Origin: a phage
Assembly: GCA_030395855.1 (NCBI GenBank)
Contig: GCA_030395855.1_4325.1
DNA length: 44,883 bases
Reading direction: 5' to 3' (one strand)
Part shown: positions 43,922 to 44,883 of the stretch, piece by piece
Layout of the letters: the number at the start of each line of letters is the position of its first letter
Position numbering within the stretch: the first letter of the stretch is position 1
Program-made: the position numbers and the translations under genes
The notes under the pieces: generated by a model
Database searches by the model: none
Told to the model about the DNA's origin: nothing
Seen by the model: only the letters and a program-made list of their open reading frames with translations

Positions 43922-44883
43922 ATGTCTTTAGTATGGGAAGAAATGACCATTCAGGAAAAGATGGCCGTCAAAGCGATATCAGAGCATAGCTTCGAGGGCT
44001 TTTTAAGGTGCTGGTTTTCAATAACGCAAGGCGAGCGATACATCCCTAACTGGCATCACAAATATCTATGCAGAATTATTGACGAGATTATCGCAGGAGA
44101 GCGCAAGGATACTATCATTAACATAGCACCAGGCAGCGGAAAGACAGAAATCGCTTCAATCCATTTTCCGGCCTACTCTATGGTTAAGCTGAAGAAGGTG
44201 CGCAACCTTAACATCTCTTTTGCCGACTCATTGGTTAAGCGTAACTCTAAGCGCGTTCGTGATCTTATCAAGTCTCAAGAATTTCAATCACTCTGGCCTT
44301 GCAAATTTGGCACATGTAAAGACGATGAGCTTCAAGTTCTTGATGAGAGTGGTAAGGTTAGATTTGAGTCAATATCGAAAGCGGCTGGTGGTCAGATTAC
44401 CGGTGCTCGCGGTGGGTACATAACCGAAACATACAGCGGAGCCGTTCTGTTGGATGATTTTGACAAACCCGCAGATATGCTATCAGCAGTGTACCGCTCG
44501 AATAATCACGTAATGCTCAAGAACACGATTAGATCACGCCGAGCTAGCTCTGTAAAAGAAAAGGCGACACCAATCATTTCGATACAGCAGCGCTTGCACG
44601 TTAATGACTCCACCTGGTTCATGATGGAAGGTGGTATGGGTATCGACTTTGACTTGATTAAGATACCGGCATTGGTCACTGAGGATTACATCGATTCACT
44701 TCCTGACTGGATTAAAGAGCAGTTTGCAGAGGATGTACTAAGCAGCGAATGCATTGAGCGAGATGGCGTAAAGTACTATAGCTACTTCCCAAAAAAGGAG
44801 TCAGTAAGCGACCTTGTGGCTATGTGGGATAGTGACCCGTACACTTTTCTCAGCCAGTACCAACAAGAGCCTGTAGCGCTGGG
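43922..44883 (+). CDS. terminase large subunit, N-terminal (ATPase) part, truncated by window end; continues at 1..689
   Basis: Walker-A-like APGSGKT; frame is continuous through the 85-bp duplicated junction into ORF 18..689. Confidence 0.8.
   Translation, partial: MSLVWEEMTIQEKMAVKAISEHSFEGFLRCWFSITQGERYIPNWHHKYLCRIIDEIIAGERKDTIINIAPGSGKTEIASIHFPAYSMVKLKKVRNLNISFADSLVKRNSKRVRDLIKSQEFQSLWPCKFGTCKDDELQVLDESGKVRFESISKAAGGQITGARGGYITETYSGAVLLDDFDKPADMLSAVYRSNNHVMLKNTIRSRRASSVKEKATPIISIQQRLHVNDSTWFMMEGGMGIDFDLIKIPALVTEDYIDSLPDWIKEQFAEDVLSSECIERDGVKYYSYFPKKESVSDLVAMWDSDPYTFLSQYQQEPVAL

Overview
The window is a complete, circularly permuted genome of a tailed dsDNA bacteriophage: unit length 44,798 bp, with the first 85 bp repeated at the window end, so the large-terminase gene is split across the two ends. 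Gene content and order (small and large terminase, portal, Mu-F-like head protein, scaffold, capsid, lambda-like tail genes V/G-GT/H/M/L/K/I/J, a separate tailspike, exonuclease-Erf-SSB, primase, helicase, VRR-NUC, kinase/phosphatase genes, holin/SAR-endolysin/unimolecular spanin) suggest a virulent T1-like siphovirus of an enterobacterial host; this is from memory of family organisation, not a database search. No integrase or CI-like lysogeny module was seen. The most striking feature is a conserved promoter/operator-like element present in 15 copies: an imperfect palindrome TAGCA-N5-TGCTA, a fixed 22-23 nt spacer, a TATAGT-like -10 and a conserved leader (CATCGAAACGAA). The geometry does not fit a standard sigma70 -35/-10 promoter. 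Other points of interest are two related AT-rich repeat blocks at the two divergent strand-switch regions, a -1 frameshift site in the tail chaperone gene, a tRNA-Arg(UCU) behind a 300-bp ORF-free structured region, a lipoprotein operon antisense to the tail module, and a phosphoesterase/phosphatase/kinase cluster with a second kinase paralog. All functional calls rest on motifs read by eye and on gene order; nothing was searched or computed beyond the supplied ORF track.
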